This document shows, in pieces, positions 11,052 through 21,125 of a stretch of DNA of 64,000 nucleotides (its first letter is position 1; each line of letters opens with the position of its first letter). The translations under genes were made by a program, and so were the position numbers. Source of the DNA: Gammaproteobacteria bacterium (GTDB taxonomy: Bacteria; Pseudomonadota; Gammaproteobacteria; Eutrophobiales; Eutrophobiaceae). The notes under the pieces are model-generated. The model saw only the letters and a list, made by a program, of their open reading frames with translations. It searched no databases and had not been told where the DNA came from. The stretch lies in NCBI GenBank assembly GCA_965116495.1, contig OZ220696.1, forward strand, positions 3,616,001 to 3,680,000, given 5' to 3'.

Positions 11052-11459
11052 TTACTGCTCTTTTTCCAGGTCCAGTGCGACGGAGTTGATGCAGTAGCGC
11101 AAGCCGGTAGGTTTCGGGCCGTCCGGGAAGACGTGGCCGAGGTGGGCGTCGCAGGCGTTGCACAGTACTTCCGTGCGCAGTCTGCCTAACAGGCTGTAGT
11201 CGTCCTCGGTCTTCACCGCGGCGGCATCTCCGGGCTCGTAAAAGCTGGGCCAGCCCGTGCCGGAGTCAAATTTGGCCCCGGAACTGAACAGGGCCTGGCC
11301 GCAGCAGGCGCAGCGGTACGTGCCCGCGTCCTTGCAGTCATTGTACTTGCCGGTAAAAGGCCGCTCCGTCCCTTTGCGGCGGCATACCTCAAATTGTTCC
11401 GGCGTCAGGTCCTGTTGCCATTCCTGCTCGGATTTGACGACTTTGCTGTTCTCGGACAT
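11052..11459 (-). CDS. msrB: peptide-methionine (R)-S-oxide reductase
   Basis: [32 protein letters not shown]. Confidence 0.97.
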   Translation of the reverse strand: MSENSKVVKSEQEWQQDLTPEQFEVCRRKGTERPFTGKYNDCKDAGTYRCACCGQALFSSGAKFDSGTGWPSFYEPGDAAAVKTEDDYSLLGRLRTEVLCNACDAHLGHVFPDGPKPTGLRYCINSVALDLEKEQ

Positions 11460-11650
11460 ATTGGATCTCCCGTGTTGAGGAGTGCAAGTTTACACATTAA
11501 TAATGTAATAAAGAATAGGTGTCCGCTGGATACCGGCCTGCGCCGGCATGACGGCCACCATTCCTGCGGAAGTAGGAATCCACTGGATACCGGGTCAAGC
11601 CCGGCATGACGGCGGGCGTATTCCCGGCATGACGGCCGGCAGGGTGGGGG

Positions 11651-13090
11651 CTACAATACGGGGGAATTAATCAGGTTATGCGGCGTTGGGGCCGGCGCCG
11701 GGTCGGCTTCTGCCATTGTTTCCTCGTGGGTCAGGTGCATCAACATGGCGTAGTACTTGCGGATGTTTTCCACGAACTTGACCGGTTCATAGCCCCTGGC
11801 GTAGCCGTATCTCGTCTTCGAGTACCACTTGTGGTCGGTCAGCAGGGGTAACGACTTTTTCACGTCGGTCCAGGAATCGGGATCGCCGCCGCTTTTCTGG
11901 GTGATTACCCGGGCGTCCTCGAGATGGCCGAAGCCGACGTTATAGGAGGCCAGGGCGAACCAGGTGCGGTCCGGGTCGGGGATGCGGTCGGGTATCTTGT
12001 CCACCAGGATGGTCAGGTACTTGGCGCCGCCGTAAACGCTCAGCACCGGGTCCAGGCGGTCGCTGATGCCGACCTGCTGCGCCGTCTGCCTGGTCAGCAT
12101 CATCAGCCCGCGCACGCCGGTGGGGGAGCGCGCCGAATTCTTCCAGTGGGACTCCTGGTAGCTGATTGCGGCCAGCAGGCGCCAGTCAAAGCCGAACTCG
12201 TTACCGGCATTCATGAAATAAGGCTTCAGCTCCTGCAGCCGGTCGTTATAGCCGTCGATGAAGCTGCGTGCTTCCACGTAATCGAACTTGTCGGCAAACA
12301 CGTATGCCTGGTCGATCAGGCCGGCCAGTTGGCGCGTGCTCCTGACATGGTCGTAGAACTCCCGGATCGCCCTGATGAGGGAATCATCCTCGGCGGAGCG
12401 CCGCACGGCCCAGCCCAGGGGTTCGGGTTCGGACAGGTCGAAGGCCACCCGAAGCTCCGGCAGGGAGATGCGCGACCAGGCCACCTCGTTGGACCAGGCC
12501 ACGGCGTAGAGGATCTTCCCGTACTCGATCATCTCCAGCAGTTCCAGGTCGTCCTTGTCCTCGTGCGTGACCAGTACCAGGTCCGGGTAGAAGGTCTGCA
12601 GGCGGTCGAGTTCCTCCCGGGTCAGAGCATTGCGGGTCACATGCAGCCGGTGCGGCGCAATCCCCGCCAGCGAGGACGGTCGGATATAACCGTGCCGGTA
12701 CACCACCTGCCGGGTGGCCCATTGAAAGCCGGGGCCGAATGCCAGGGGATCGCCCGGCGCCAGGGACCGGGTCAGCCCGGCTGCCGCGACGTCCGCCTGT
12801 CCCGAGACGAGCAGGTCGGTGATCTCCTCCCTGCTGTCTGCCAGGCTCAGCTTGAAATCGACGCCCAGCCAGCCGGCAAACAGCCTCACCAGTTCGTATT
12901 CCAGGCCGCGTTCCCCTTCCTCAGCGTCGCGCTGGTACGTCATCGGGCCTGATTTTGTCACGACGCGGACTATCCCGGTGTCACGGATCATCTCGATCTG
13001 CGAGCGCTTCTCGGCGCAACCCAGCGTGAACAGGAACGCGGGCAGGGCCAGCCCGGTTAAAATGACGACACGTTGTGCGGCACTAACCAC
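11651..13090 (-). CDS. mltF: membrane-bound lytic murein transglycosylase F
   Basis: Periplasmic binding domain plus SLT domain (YQESHW, GLMMLT, ASYNVG, YGYARGYEP); probable GTG start overlapping the egtD stop. Confidence 0.9.
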   Translation of the reverse strand: MVSAAQRVVILTGLALPAFLFTLGCAEKRSQIEMIRDTGIVRVVTKSGPMTYQRDAEEGERGLEYELVRLFAGWLGVDFKLSLADSREEITDLLVSGQADVAAAGLTRSLAPGDPLAFGPGFQWATRQVVYRHGYIRPSSLAGIAPHRLHVTRNALTREELDRLQTFYPDLVLVTHEDKDDLELLEMIEYGKILYAVAWSNEVAWSRISLPELRVAFDLSEPEPLGWAVRRSAEDDSLIRAIREFYDHVRSTRQLAGLIDQAYVFADKFDYVEARSFIDGYNDRLQELKPYFMNAGNEFGFDWRLLAAISYQESHWKNSARSPTGVRGLMMLTRQTAQQVGISDRLDPVLSVYGGAKYLTILVDKIPDRIPDPDRTWFALASYNVGFGHLEDARVITQKSGGDPDSWTDVKKSLPLLTDHKWYSKTRYGYARGYEPVKFVENIRKYYAMLMHLTHEETMAEADPAPAPTPHNLINSPVL

Positions 13091-14084
13091 TCTGCGCCAG
13101 TACCAGGGAGAAATAGCGGTTGTCCGGCTCAAAATGGCGGATAACCCCGAGCCCGAATTCCTCCAGCAGTGTTTCCAGTTCATCATGGTCAAACTTGTAG
13201 CTCAATTCCGTCAGTATCTGCTCGCCGTGTTCCAGCCGGATGCTCAAATCCAGCCTGCCCAGGGTAATTTCCTGGTCAAGTTCGGATACCAGGTACATCT
13301 CGATTCTGTGCAACTCATTATTATAGACAGCCAAATGGGCGAAATTATCCACGCGGAAGTCCGCGTCCAGTTCCCGGTTGAGCACCTGCAGCACGTTCAG
13401 GTTGAACTCGGCGGTGATGCCCCGGACATCGTTATAGGCGGCATGCAGCACGTCATTGTGTTTTATCCGGTCCGCCCCCAGCAGCAGAAAATCGCCTGGC
13501 TGCATGCGCCGGCGGATGTCGCCTATGAAAGCGCGCACTTCGGGGGGAGTGAAATTGCCGATGGTGCCGCCCAGGAACATGAACAGCCCGGCGCCCGGGT
13601 AGTGCGGCATGTTCGCAAGGCCGGCATGGTAGTCGCCCAGCAACGGCCTGACGTCAAGCCACGTGTAATCAGCCTGCAGCTTGCCGGCCGCCTCCACCAG
13701 CACGGGCTCACAGATGTCAAACGGCGCGTACACGCAGGAATGGCCCTGCCGTTCACAGGCATCGAACAGGTTCGCGGTCTTTTTCGATCTGCCGCTGCCC
13801 AACTCGATCAGGAAATCGGGCCGGGTCAGCGCAATGATCTCGTCACCGTACTGCCGCAACAGCGCATCCTCGGTGCGGGTCGGGTAATACTCGGGCGTGT
13901 CGCAGATGCGGTCGAACAACACCGCCCCCCGCGCATCATAAAAATACTTGGGCGGCAGCGACCGGGGCGGCTCAAGCAGACCCGCCCGGGCATCCTCCTC
14001 CAGCCCCGGCACATGCCAGGCCGGCGCAATCGCCACACACCGCACAGCACCCGAGTATCGCCCGGAACCAGTCATAGTATCCAT
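13083..14084 (-). CDS. egtD: L-histidine N-alpha-methyltransferase
   Basis: LPPKYFYDARG, PEYYPTRTE, IELGSG, TELSYKF; the ORF-track N-terminal extension is repeat-derived. Confidence 0.9.
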   Translation of the reverse strand: MDTMTGSGRYSGAVRCVAIAPAWHVPGLEEDARAGLLEPPRSLPPKYFYDARGAVLFDRICDTPEYYPTRTEDALLRQYGDEIIALTRPDFLIELGSGRSKKTANLFDACERQGHSCVYAPFDICEPVLVEAAGKLQADYTWLDVRPLLGDYHAGLANMPHYPGAGLFMFLGGTIGNFTPPEVRAFIGDIRRRMQPGDFLLLGADRIKHNDVLHAAYNDVRGITAEFNLNVLQVLNRELDADFRVDNFAHLAVYNNELHRIEMYLVSELDQEITLGRLDLSIRLEHGEQILTELSYKFDHDELETLLEEFGLGVIRHFEPDNRYFSLVLAQSG

Positions 14085-14309
14085 CACATAATTGTACCCG
14101 ACTTGAAGAATAAATTTGGGACACCCATAAATTGGCGGAATAATTTGGGACATCCATAAATTTCTGGGTTCCGGCTTGCGCCGGAACGACGGGGTGGGTC
14201 TAATTTGGGACACCCATAAATTGCTATAATTTGTTAATTTATGGGTGTCCCAAATTAGCTGTTATGATAAATTCAATGAGATGGCGACTAAGATAAGTCC
14301 CATCATGAG

Positions 14310-15608
14310 ATGGCGACGCCGACCCCGACCCCAAAGGATATGACCTCCATTTATAGCTTAGTTATATTCCTCCTGCTCTGCGTTGCCCCGTCCATCGCTC
14401 CGGGTAACGATGTATCCGGCATACAACCTCCCGGCCCGGCAGCGCCCGGGCTGGTCCGGTCCATTGCCGGCTACGAAAAACAGATTGCCGAGATGGAGGT
14501 TGCCGAAGGTCCCCATGCAGCCGGGCTCGTCGAGGCCCGCTCCAGCCTGGGGATGCTCTACCAGCAGGCCGGGGACCACGGCCGGGCGGTTACAGTATTG
14601 CGGGACGCCATGCAGTCAGTGCGCGTCAACGAGGGGCTGCACAGCATGAGCCAGGTCGCCTTACTGGAGGCCATCATCGACAGCCGGGTCGCCCTGGGCG
14701 CCAGGGATGCGTTGCGGCGCGACTACGAATACCTGTTCTGGCTGTACCAGCGCAACTACGGCGAGCGTAACGCCGGCCTGGTGCCGGTGATCAAGAAGCT
14801 GGGCCAGTGGTACTTCGACCTCTACAACTTCAGCCCCCCGAATACCACGGTGGAACCCCTGATCGCAGCGGACGACCTGTATGCCAGGGCACTGAAAATC
14901 CTCCCGGAGGATGCGCAGCCCCGGGACCGGGCAGACATCTTATATAAGGTGGCCGTCATCAACCACCATGTCGCCGAGGACGTGCAGGACCCGATGCTGT
15001 CGCACCGGGAGATCCGTGAAGCCATGATCCCGCACGGCCGGAGCAGCCCCTACCTCCACGAAACGGCCGTGCGCCAGTACTACGCCGACCAGAGTTTCTA
15101 CAAGGGCAAGCGCTCACTGAAGCGCATCGTCGAGACCTACGAGAAAACCCTGCCCGACGGCATCATGGACTACGCCCGGGCGCTGGTGTTCATGGGCGAC
15201 TGGCTGACCGTGCAACGCCGGGTACTGGAGGGCGCCCGCCTGTATAGGCAGGCCCTGGCCGCCCTGGAACAGCACGACGCCGACCCGGCGCAGGTGGATG
15301 AACTGTTCGGCGAACCGCAACCCATAGAGCAACTCCCCGTCCCGGGCGAGGCGGAGACGCAAGCCGGCGCCGGCAGCTACTACGTTGACGCCCTGCTCGA
15401 CGTACCCAAATCAGGTTGGCCCACCAACATCAGGATACAGGCCGTCCACCCGCCTGAAGAGACCGCCCTGATCCGCCGCGCCGAACGCGGCATCGCCGCC
15501 ACCCGCTACCGCCCCGCCTACCGCAACGGCCAACCGGCCACCACCACCGACGTCCCCCTGCGCTTCGTCTTCAAGCACAAGGACCAGCCCTCATGGCTCC
15601 ATTTTTGA
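14310..15608 (+). CDS. secreted TPR-like protein with a TonB C-terminal-like domain
   Basis: Signal peptide, helical TPR-like segments, C-terminal RYRPAYRNGQP motif. Confidence 0.55.
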   Translation: MATPTPTPKDMTSIYSLVIFLLLCVAPSIAPGNDVSGIQPPGPAAPGLVRSIAGYEKQIAEMEVAEGPHAAGLVEARSSLGMLYQQAGDHGRAVTVLRDAMQSVRVNEGLHSMSQVALLEAIIDSRVALGARDALRRDYEYLFWLYQRNYGERNAGLVPVIKKLGQWYFDLYNFSPPNTTVEPLIAADDLYARALKILPEDAQPRDRADILYKVAVINHHVAEDVQDPMLSHREIREAMIPHGRSSPYLHETAVRQYYADQSFYKGKRSLKRIVETYEKTLPDGIMDYARALVFMGDWLTVQRRVLEGARLYRQALAALEQHDADPAQVDELFGEPQPIEQLPVPGEAETQAGAGSYYVDALLDVPKSGWPTNIRIQAVHPPEETALIRRAERGIAATRYRPAYRNGQPATTTDVPLRFVFKHKDQPSWLHF

Positions 15609-15927
15609 ACCGCTAAATTTGGGACACCCATAAATTGCTATAATTTGTTAATTTATGGGTGTCCCAAATTAGCCCCGCTCCGTCGTTCCGGCGCAGGCCG
15701 GAACCCAGAACTCCGACGTCGTTCCGGCGCAGGCCGGAACCCAGAACTCCGACGTCGTTCCGGCGCAGGCCGGAACCCAGGAATTCATGGGTGTCCTGAA
15801 TTAACCTGCAGTATGAATTCATAATTCACCTGATAACTGAATAATTACATGATATTTTCACTTATTGACTTCATTTTTCACGTAAAACAGCTATAGTGAC
15901 CGGGAAATGAAGCCAAATACCCCGTTC

Positions 15928-17085
15928 ATGTTCGAAAGACTCATTAAAAAACCGCTGGAATCACGCAAGAGCTTTTTTCTCTTCGGCCCGAGAGGGACCG
16001 GCAAGACCACCTGGTTGAAACACCATCTCCCTGGTGCGCTGTTCATCAACCTGCTGCAATCCGAGTTCTACAACCGCCTGACTGCAAATCCCGGATACCT
16101 CAGGGAACTCATCCCCCCCGGTTACCGGGAACGGGTTATTATCGATGAAGTACAGCGTATCCCTGCGCTGTTGAACGAGGTACACGACCTTATCGAATCA
16201 AGAAACCTGGACTTTGTCCTGACCGGTTCAAGCGCAAGGGCGTTAAGACGGAAGGGTGTCAACCTGTTGGCCGGCCGCGCCCTGACGTATTTCATGCACC
16301 CGTTGACGGTAACCGAGCAACAGGACGCGTTCGACCTGCACAACTCCATACTGCTCGGCCACCTGCCCGCACGGTTCAGCGAGGACGACCCCGGCAAATA
16401 TCTCAAGGACTACGTGCAGACGTACCTGAGGGAAGAAGTCATGCAGGAGGGCCTGACCCGCAACATCGGCCATTTTTCCCGGTTTCTGGAAGCGGCCGGC
16501 TTTTCCCAGGGAGCAACGGTCAATATCAGCGCCGTGGCACGCGAGGCACAGGTCGAGCGCCCGGTCGCAGAGAACTATTTCTCGATACTGGAAGACCTGC
16601 TCATCGCCGTGCGCCTGCCGGTATTCAGCCGGAAAGCGAAAAGAAAACTCATCACACACAGGAAATTTTATTTTTTCGATACCGGCGTGTTCCGGGCGAT
16701 CCGGCCCCTCGGCCCCCTGGACTCCGATGCCGAACTGGACGGTCCCGCTTTGGAAACACTCGTGCTCCAGGAAATCAGGGCGCTGAACGATTACCTGGAA
16801 TGCGATTACCGGCTATATTTCTGGCGCACACGAACCGGCCTGGAAATCGATTTTGTCCTGTACGGGCCGCGCGGCCTGCTGGCCATCGAAGTAAAACGCT
16901 CGCCACAGGTCCAGTTCAAACAAACTCGAGCGTTGCGGGAATTCAAAAAAGATTATCCCCCCGCCAGGTGCTACATATTCTATGGAGGGACTACCCCCCG
17001 GTACATGGAAGACATCACCATCCTGCCCATCGAATACGCCCTGAAAAATCTCGACCGTATACTAACCGACGACCAAGTAATTTAG
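15928..17085 (+). CDS. AAA-family ATPase with a C-terminal DUF4143-type nuclease-like domain
   Basis: GPRGTGKTT, IIDEVQ, LTGSSA, LAGRA, KFYFFDTG, EIDFV..IEVK. Confidence 0.88.
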   Translation: MFERLIKKPLESRKSFFLFGPRGTGKTTWLKHHLPGALFINLLQSEFYNRLTANPGYLRELIPPGYRERVIIDEVQRIPALLNEVHDLIESRNLDFVLTGSSARALRRKGVNLLAGRALTYFMHPLTVTEQQDAFDLHNSILLGHLPARFSEDDPGKYLKDYVQTYLREEVMQEGLTRNIGHFSRFLEAAGFSQGATVNISAVAREAQVERPVAENYFSILEDLLIAVRLPVFSRKAKRKLITHRKFYFFDTGVFRAIRPLGPLDSDAELDGPALETLVLQEIRALNDYLECDYRLYFWRTRTGLEIDFVLYGPRGLLAIEVKRSPQVQFKQTRALREFKKDYPPARCYIFYGGTTPRYMEDITILPIEYALKNLDRILTDDQVI

Positions 17086-17120
17086 GACACCCATATAATG
17101 CTTGCGCTGCCCCACGAAAC

Positions 17121-17348
17121 TCAGGCTTCATCAGCTATGTCAAGGATGGATTTCTCCGACATCCGCCCCTGTTTGATATCATCAAGGCCGGCCAGTACAT
17201 GATTGAGTGTCGTGCCGGCTTCCATATCGTGGCGGATCAGGTCGCGTATATATTCGCTTGGCGTTGCGTAAACGCCGGAGTCGCCCGTTCGACTATCGAC
17301 GAATTTCCGCAGTTCATTTGTCAGGGATAAATTCAAGCTGCTTGCCAT
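17121..17348 (-). CDS. ParD-like ribbon-helix-helix antitoxin (orphan)
   Basis: SLNLSLT..FVD....SGVYATPSEYIRDLIR pattern. Confidence 0.75.
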   Translation of the reverse strand: MASSLNLSLTNELRKFVDSRTGDSGVYATPSEYIRDLIRHDMEAGTTLNHVLAGLDDIKQGRMSEKSILDIADEA

Positions 17349-17542
17349 GGTTTTTTCTCAAGTCATCAACCTGGTAGATATACAGTATAAATCTGATGAC
17401 ATATATCGTCAATATTCGACAACAGATCCAATTTGGGACACCCACAAATTGCTATAATTTGTTAATTTATGGGTGTCCCAAATTAGCCCCGCCCCGTCGT
17501 TCCGGCGCAAGCCGGAACCCAGAAATTCATGAGTGTCCCAAA

Positions 17543-18103
17543 TTACACGCAGTCAAACACCCGCGGCACGAACCCTGCGTCATTAATAATACTGGCGCTG
17601 TTACCGGTGGCCCGGATGACGAGCAAGCCCTGCCGCTCTGCATATAACGCCGAGTCCTGCTCCACCCGCAAATACGCCACCGCACCATAGACCTGCTTGC
17701 CCCGGTATACCGGTTCGTACGCCGTGAATTTATTCAGTTTCTCCAGGAACCGCGTTACATCATCGGCCTTCAGAGTGGTCTTTACCTCCACAACCACCAT
17801 CTGCTCGCCGTTCCCGGCCAGGATGTCGAACTCATAATGCTCGCCATTGCGCCGGCCGCGCACCCGGGGATGCGTAGACTGTACATTGATGCCTCGCGCC
17901 TGCAGCAAGGGAACCAGGTCGCCCTCCACCAGGCTCTCCATCAGCTTGCCCCACTGGCTGGTGAATAAGCCTGCCAGCTTTTTCATCTGCCGGTCGGTCT
18001 GCTTCTGCTGCTTGGATAATTTCCTCTGTTCTTTTGATACCTCGCGCAGGATGGCCCAGATTTCTTCGGGCGTGGCGGGTTGGCGATGCAGTTCCTTTTC
18101 CAT
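17543..18103 (-). CDS. coiled-coil + PD-(D/E)XK nuclease-fold protein (DUF3782-like), copy 4
   Basis: EFDILA..VVVEVKTTL motif; tandem paralog. Confidence 0.75.
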   Translation of the reverse strand: MEKELHRQPATPEEIWAILREVSKEQRKLSKQQKQTDRQMKKLAGLFTSQWGKLMESLVEGDLVPLLQARGINVQSTHPRVRGRRNGEHYEFDILAGNGEQMVVVEVKTTLKADDVTRFLEKLNKFTAYEPVYRGKQVYGAVAYLRVEQDSALYAERQGLLVIRATGNSASIINDAGFVPRVFDCV

Positions 18104-18328
18104 GATGACATTCTCCGTTTCAGTTCAGGTGATGTTTAGAAATAAACAGGATCTGAGTATAGAGCAAATTCACTTTTACACAATACCGGCCACACCCGCT
18201 CCTAAATTTGGGACACCCACAAATTCCTGGGTTCCGGCGCCCCCGTCGTTCCAGCGCAGGCCGGAACCCAGAACTCCGAACGTCGTTCCGGCGCAAGCCG
18301 GAACCCAGAAATTCATGGATGCCCCAAA

Positions 18329-18928
18329 TTACGCGCAGTTAAACACCCGCGGCACAAACCCCGCGTCATTAACAATACTGGCGCTGTTGCCGGTAGCCCG
18401 GATGACGAACAGGCCCTGCCGCTCCGCGTGTACCTGTACGGAGGTGTCCGCCTTGAGGTAAGCTACCGCGCCGTAAATCTTCTTCCCCCGGTAGCCCGGC
18501 GCGTATTCCGTGAACTTGCCCAGCTTCTCAAGAAACTGCGCCACGTCCTCGGCGCGCAGCGTGGTTTTCACCTCCACGACCACCACTTCCTCACCGTTCT
18601 CGGCCAGGATGTCAAATTCGTAGTGCTCACCGTTACGCCGTCCCCGCATGCGGGTATGCGTGTATCGTACGGTAATTCCCCGCGCCTGCAACAGGGGAAC
18701 CAGGTCGCCCTCCACCAGGCTCTCCACCAGCGCCCCCCATTGGCTGGTAAACAAACCCGCCAGTTTTTTCATCTGCCGGTCGGTTTGTTTCATCTGCTGG
18801 TCGGTTTGTTTCTGCCGCTTCCGGATTTTTTCCATATCCAGCGCTGCTTTCTCCTGTTTCTCGGCAATACGATCCAGGGTGGCCCAGACTTTTTCAGGAG
18901 TAGCGGGTTGATGTGATTGGTTTTCCAT
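18329..18928 (-). CDS. coiled-coil + PD-(D/E)XK nuclease-fold protein, copy 3
   Basis: EFDILA..VVVEVKTTL; most divergent C-terminal half. Confidence 0.75.
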   Translation of the reverse strand: MENQSHQPATPEKVWATLDRIAEKQEKAALDMEKIRKRQKQTDQQMKQTDRQMKKLAGLFTSQWGALVESLVEGDLVPLLQARGITVRYTHTRMRGRRNGEHYEFDILAENGEEVVVVEVKTTLRAEDVAQFLEKLGKFTEYAPGYRGKKIYGAVAYLKADTSVQVHAERQGLFVIRATGNSASIVNDAGFVPRVFNCA

Positions 18929-19048
18929 GATGACATTCTCCTTTTCAGTTCAAGTGGTGTTTAGAAATAAACAGGACCTGAGTATAGAGCAAATTCACTT
19001 TTACACAATACCGGCCACACCCGCTCCTAAATTCAGGACACCCACAAA

Positions 19049-19630
19049 TTACGCGCAGTCAAACACCCGCGGCACGAACCCCGCGTCATTAACAATACTG
19101 GCGCTGTTACCGGTGGCCCGGATGACGAACAAGCCCTGCCGCTCTGCATATAACTCCGAGTCCTGCTCCACCCGCAAATACGCCACCGCACCATAGACCT
19201 GCTTGCCCCGGTATACCGGTTCGTACGCCGTGAATTTATTCAGTTTCTCCAGGAACCGCGTTACATCATCGGCCTTCAGAGTGGTCTTCACCTCCACGAC
19301 CACCATCTCCTCGCCGTTCCCGGCCAGGATGTCGAACTCATAATGCTCGCCATTGCGCCGGCCGCGCACCCGAGGATGCGTAGACTGTACCTTGATGCCT
19401 CGCGCCTGCAGCAAGGGAACCAGGTCGCCCTCCACCAGGCTCTCCATCAGCTTGCCCCACTGGCTGGTAAACAAACCTGCCAGCTTTTTCATCTGCCGGT
19501 CGGTTTGCTTCATCTGCCGGTCGGTCTGCTTCTGCTGCTTGGATAATTTCCTCTGTTCTTTTGATACCTCGCGCAGGATGGCCCAGATTTCTTCGGGCGT
19601 GGCGGGTTGGCGATGCAGTTCCTTTTCCAT
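19049..19630 (-). CDS. coiled-coil + PD-(D/E)XK nuclease-fold protein, copy 2
   Basis: Near-identical to copy 4 with one extra QTDRQMK heptad. Confidence 0.75.
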   Translation of the reverse strand: MEKELHRQPATPEEIWAILREVSKEQRKLSKQQKQTDRQMKQTDRQMKKLAGLFTSQWGKLMESLVEGDLVPLLQARGIKVQSTHPRVRGRRNGEHYEFDILAGNGEEMVVVEVKTTLKADDVTRFLEKLNKFTAYEPVYRGKQVYGAVAYLRVEQDSELYAERQGLFVIRATGNSASIVNDAGFVPRVFDCA

Positions 19631-19889
19631 GATGACATTCTCCGTTTCAGTTCAGGTGATGTTTAGAAATAAACAGGACCTGAGTATAGAGCAAATTCAC
19701 TTTTACACAATACCGGCCACACCCGCTCCTAAATTCAGGACACCCATGAATTTCTGGGTTCCGGCTTGCGCCGGAACGACGAGGGCGCCGGAACGACGCG
19801 GGCTGGGCTGATTTGGGACACCCAAAAATTACTTTGCGGGAAGATCAGTGACAGGTTTCAACCTGTCCCAAATTTATGGATGTCCCAAA

Positions 19890-20471
19890 TTACGCGCAGT
19901 CAAACACCCGCGGCACGAACCCCGCGTCATTAACAATACTGGCGCTGTTACCGGTGGCCCGGATGACGAACAAGCCCTGCCGCTCTGCATATAACGCCGA
20001 GTCCTGCTCCACCCGCAAATACGCCACCGCACCATAGACCTGCTTGCCCCGGTATACCGGTTCGTACGCCGTGAATTTATTCAGTTTCTCCAGGAACCGC
20101 GTTACATCATCGGCCTTCAGAGTGGTCTTTACCTCCACAACCACCATCTGCTCGCCGTTCCCGGCCAGGATGTCGAACTCATAATGCTCGCCATTGCGCC
20201 GGCCGCGCACCCGGGGATGCGTAGACTGTACATTGATGCCTCGCGCCTGCAGCAAGGGAACCAGGTCGCCCTCCACCAGGCTCTCCATCAGCTTGCCCCA
20301 CTGGCTGGTGAACAAGCCTGCCAGCTTTTTCATCTGCCGGTCGGTTTGCTTCTGCCGCTTGCGGATTTTTTCCATATCCAGTGTTGCTTTCTCCTGTTTC
20401 TCCGCAATACGGTCCAGGGTGGCCCAGACTTTTTCAGGAGTAGCGGGTTGTTGATATGATTGGTTTTCCAT
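19890..20471 (-). CDS. coiled-coil + PD-(D/E)XK nuclease-fold protein, copy 1
   Basis: N-terminus like copy 3, C-terminus like copy 4. Confidence 0.75.
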   Translation of the reverse strand: MENQSYQQPATPEKVWATLDRIAEKQEKATLDMEKIRKRQKQTDRQMKKLAGLFTSQWGKLMESLVEGDLVPLLQARGINVQSTHPRVRGRRNGEHYEFDILAGNGEQMVVVEVKTTLKADDVTRFLEKLNKFTAYEPVYRGKQVYGAVAYLRVEQDSALYAERQGLFVIRATGNSASIVNDAGFVPRVFDCA

Positions 20472-20749
20472 GATGACATTCTCCTTTCCAACTCAAGTGA
20501 TGTTCAGAAATAACAGGATCTGAGTATAGAGCAAATCAGCCCCAACGTCGCCCTGAATTACCCCGGCCTGCGTCGTACCGGCGCCCCCGTCGTTCCGGCA
20601 CAAGCCGGAACCCAGGAATTTATGGGTGTCCTGAATTAACGGAAGTTGCAACTAAACAACAACACCCACACCCTGATTATTACCCCACTGACTCCCCTCA
20701 AAAACTGTGATATAATCCCTGCCCCATCCGAATACAAAAAACCGCAACA

Positions 20750-20930
20750 AAAACTTGACGACACATAATTTATTTCTTACTATACTGTTGACAAGAATGA
20801 ACAATCCTGACATATTGCGACCATTTTAAGACAAGGAGGAAGCTGGCGGGTCAAATCCATTATAGACCTGCGCGATTATTTTCTATTATGCTGTTGACAT
20901 AGTTAATGAATATCGGCATATTGCAACAAA
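20750..20930 (+). promoter_or_regulatory. tandem sigma70-like promoters upstream of RTX gene 1
   Basis: Two similar units ctgTTGACA-17bp-CATATTgc plus TTGACG-17bp-TACTAT in an AT-rich region. Confidence 0.6.
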
Positions 20931-21125
20931 TCAGCGAAAGTAGTACCATGGTCGGCGAACCATGGGGGGTCCCGGTGACAAGATTTAGTGATTTACTGTT
21001 GACTTGTATCTATAATGAGTGAGATATTTGTGGACAGTGATTATATTTTGTGTAAAAGTGTGTAATAATTAGTAGAAACCAAAGAATTCGTTTACTTCTA
21101 TCTGAAATAACAGGAGAAAAAAGTT

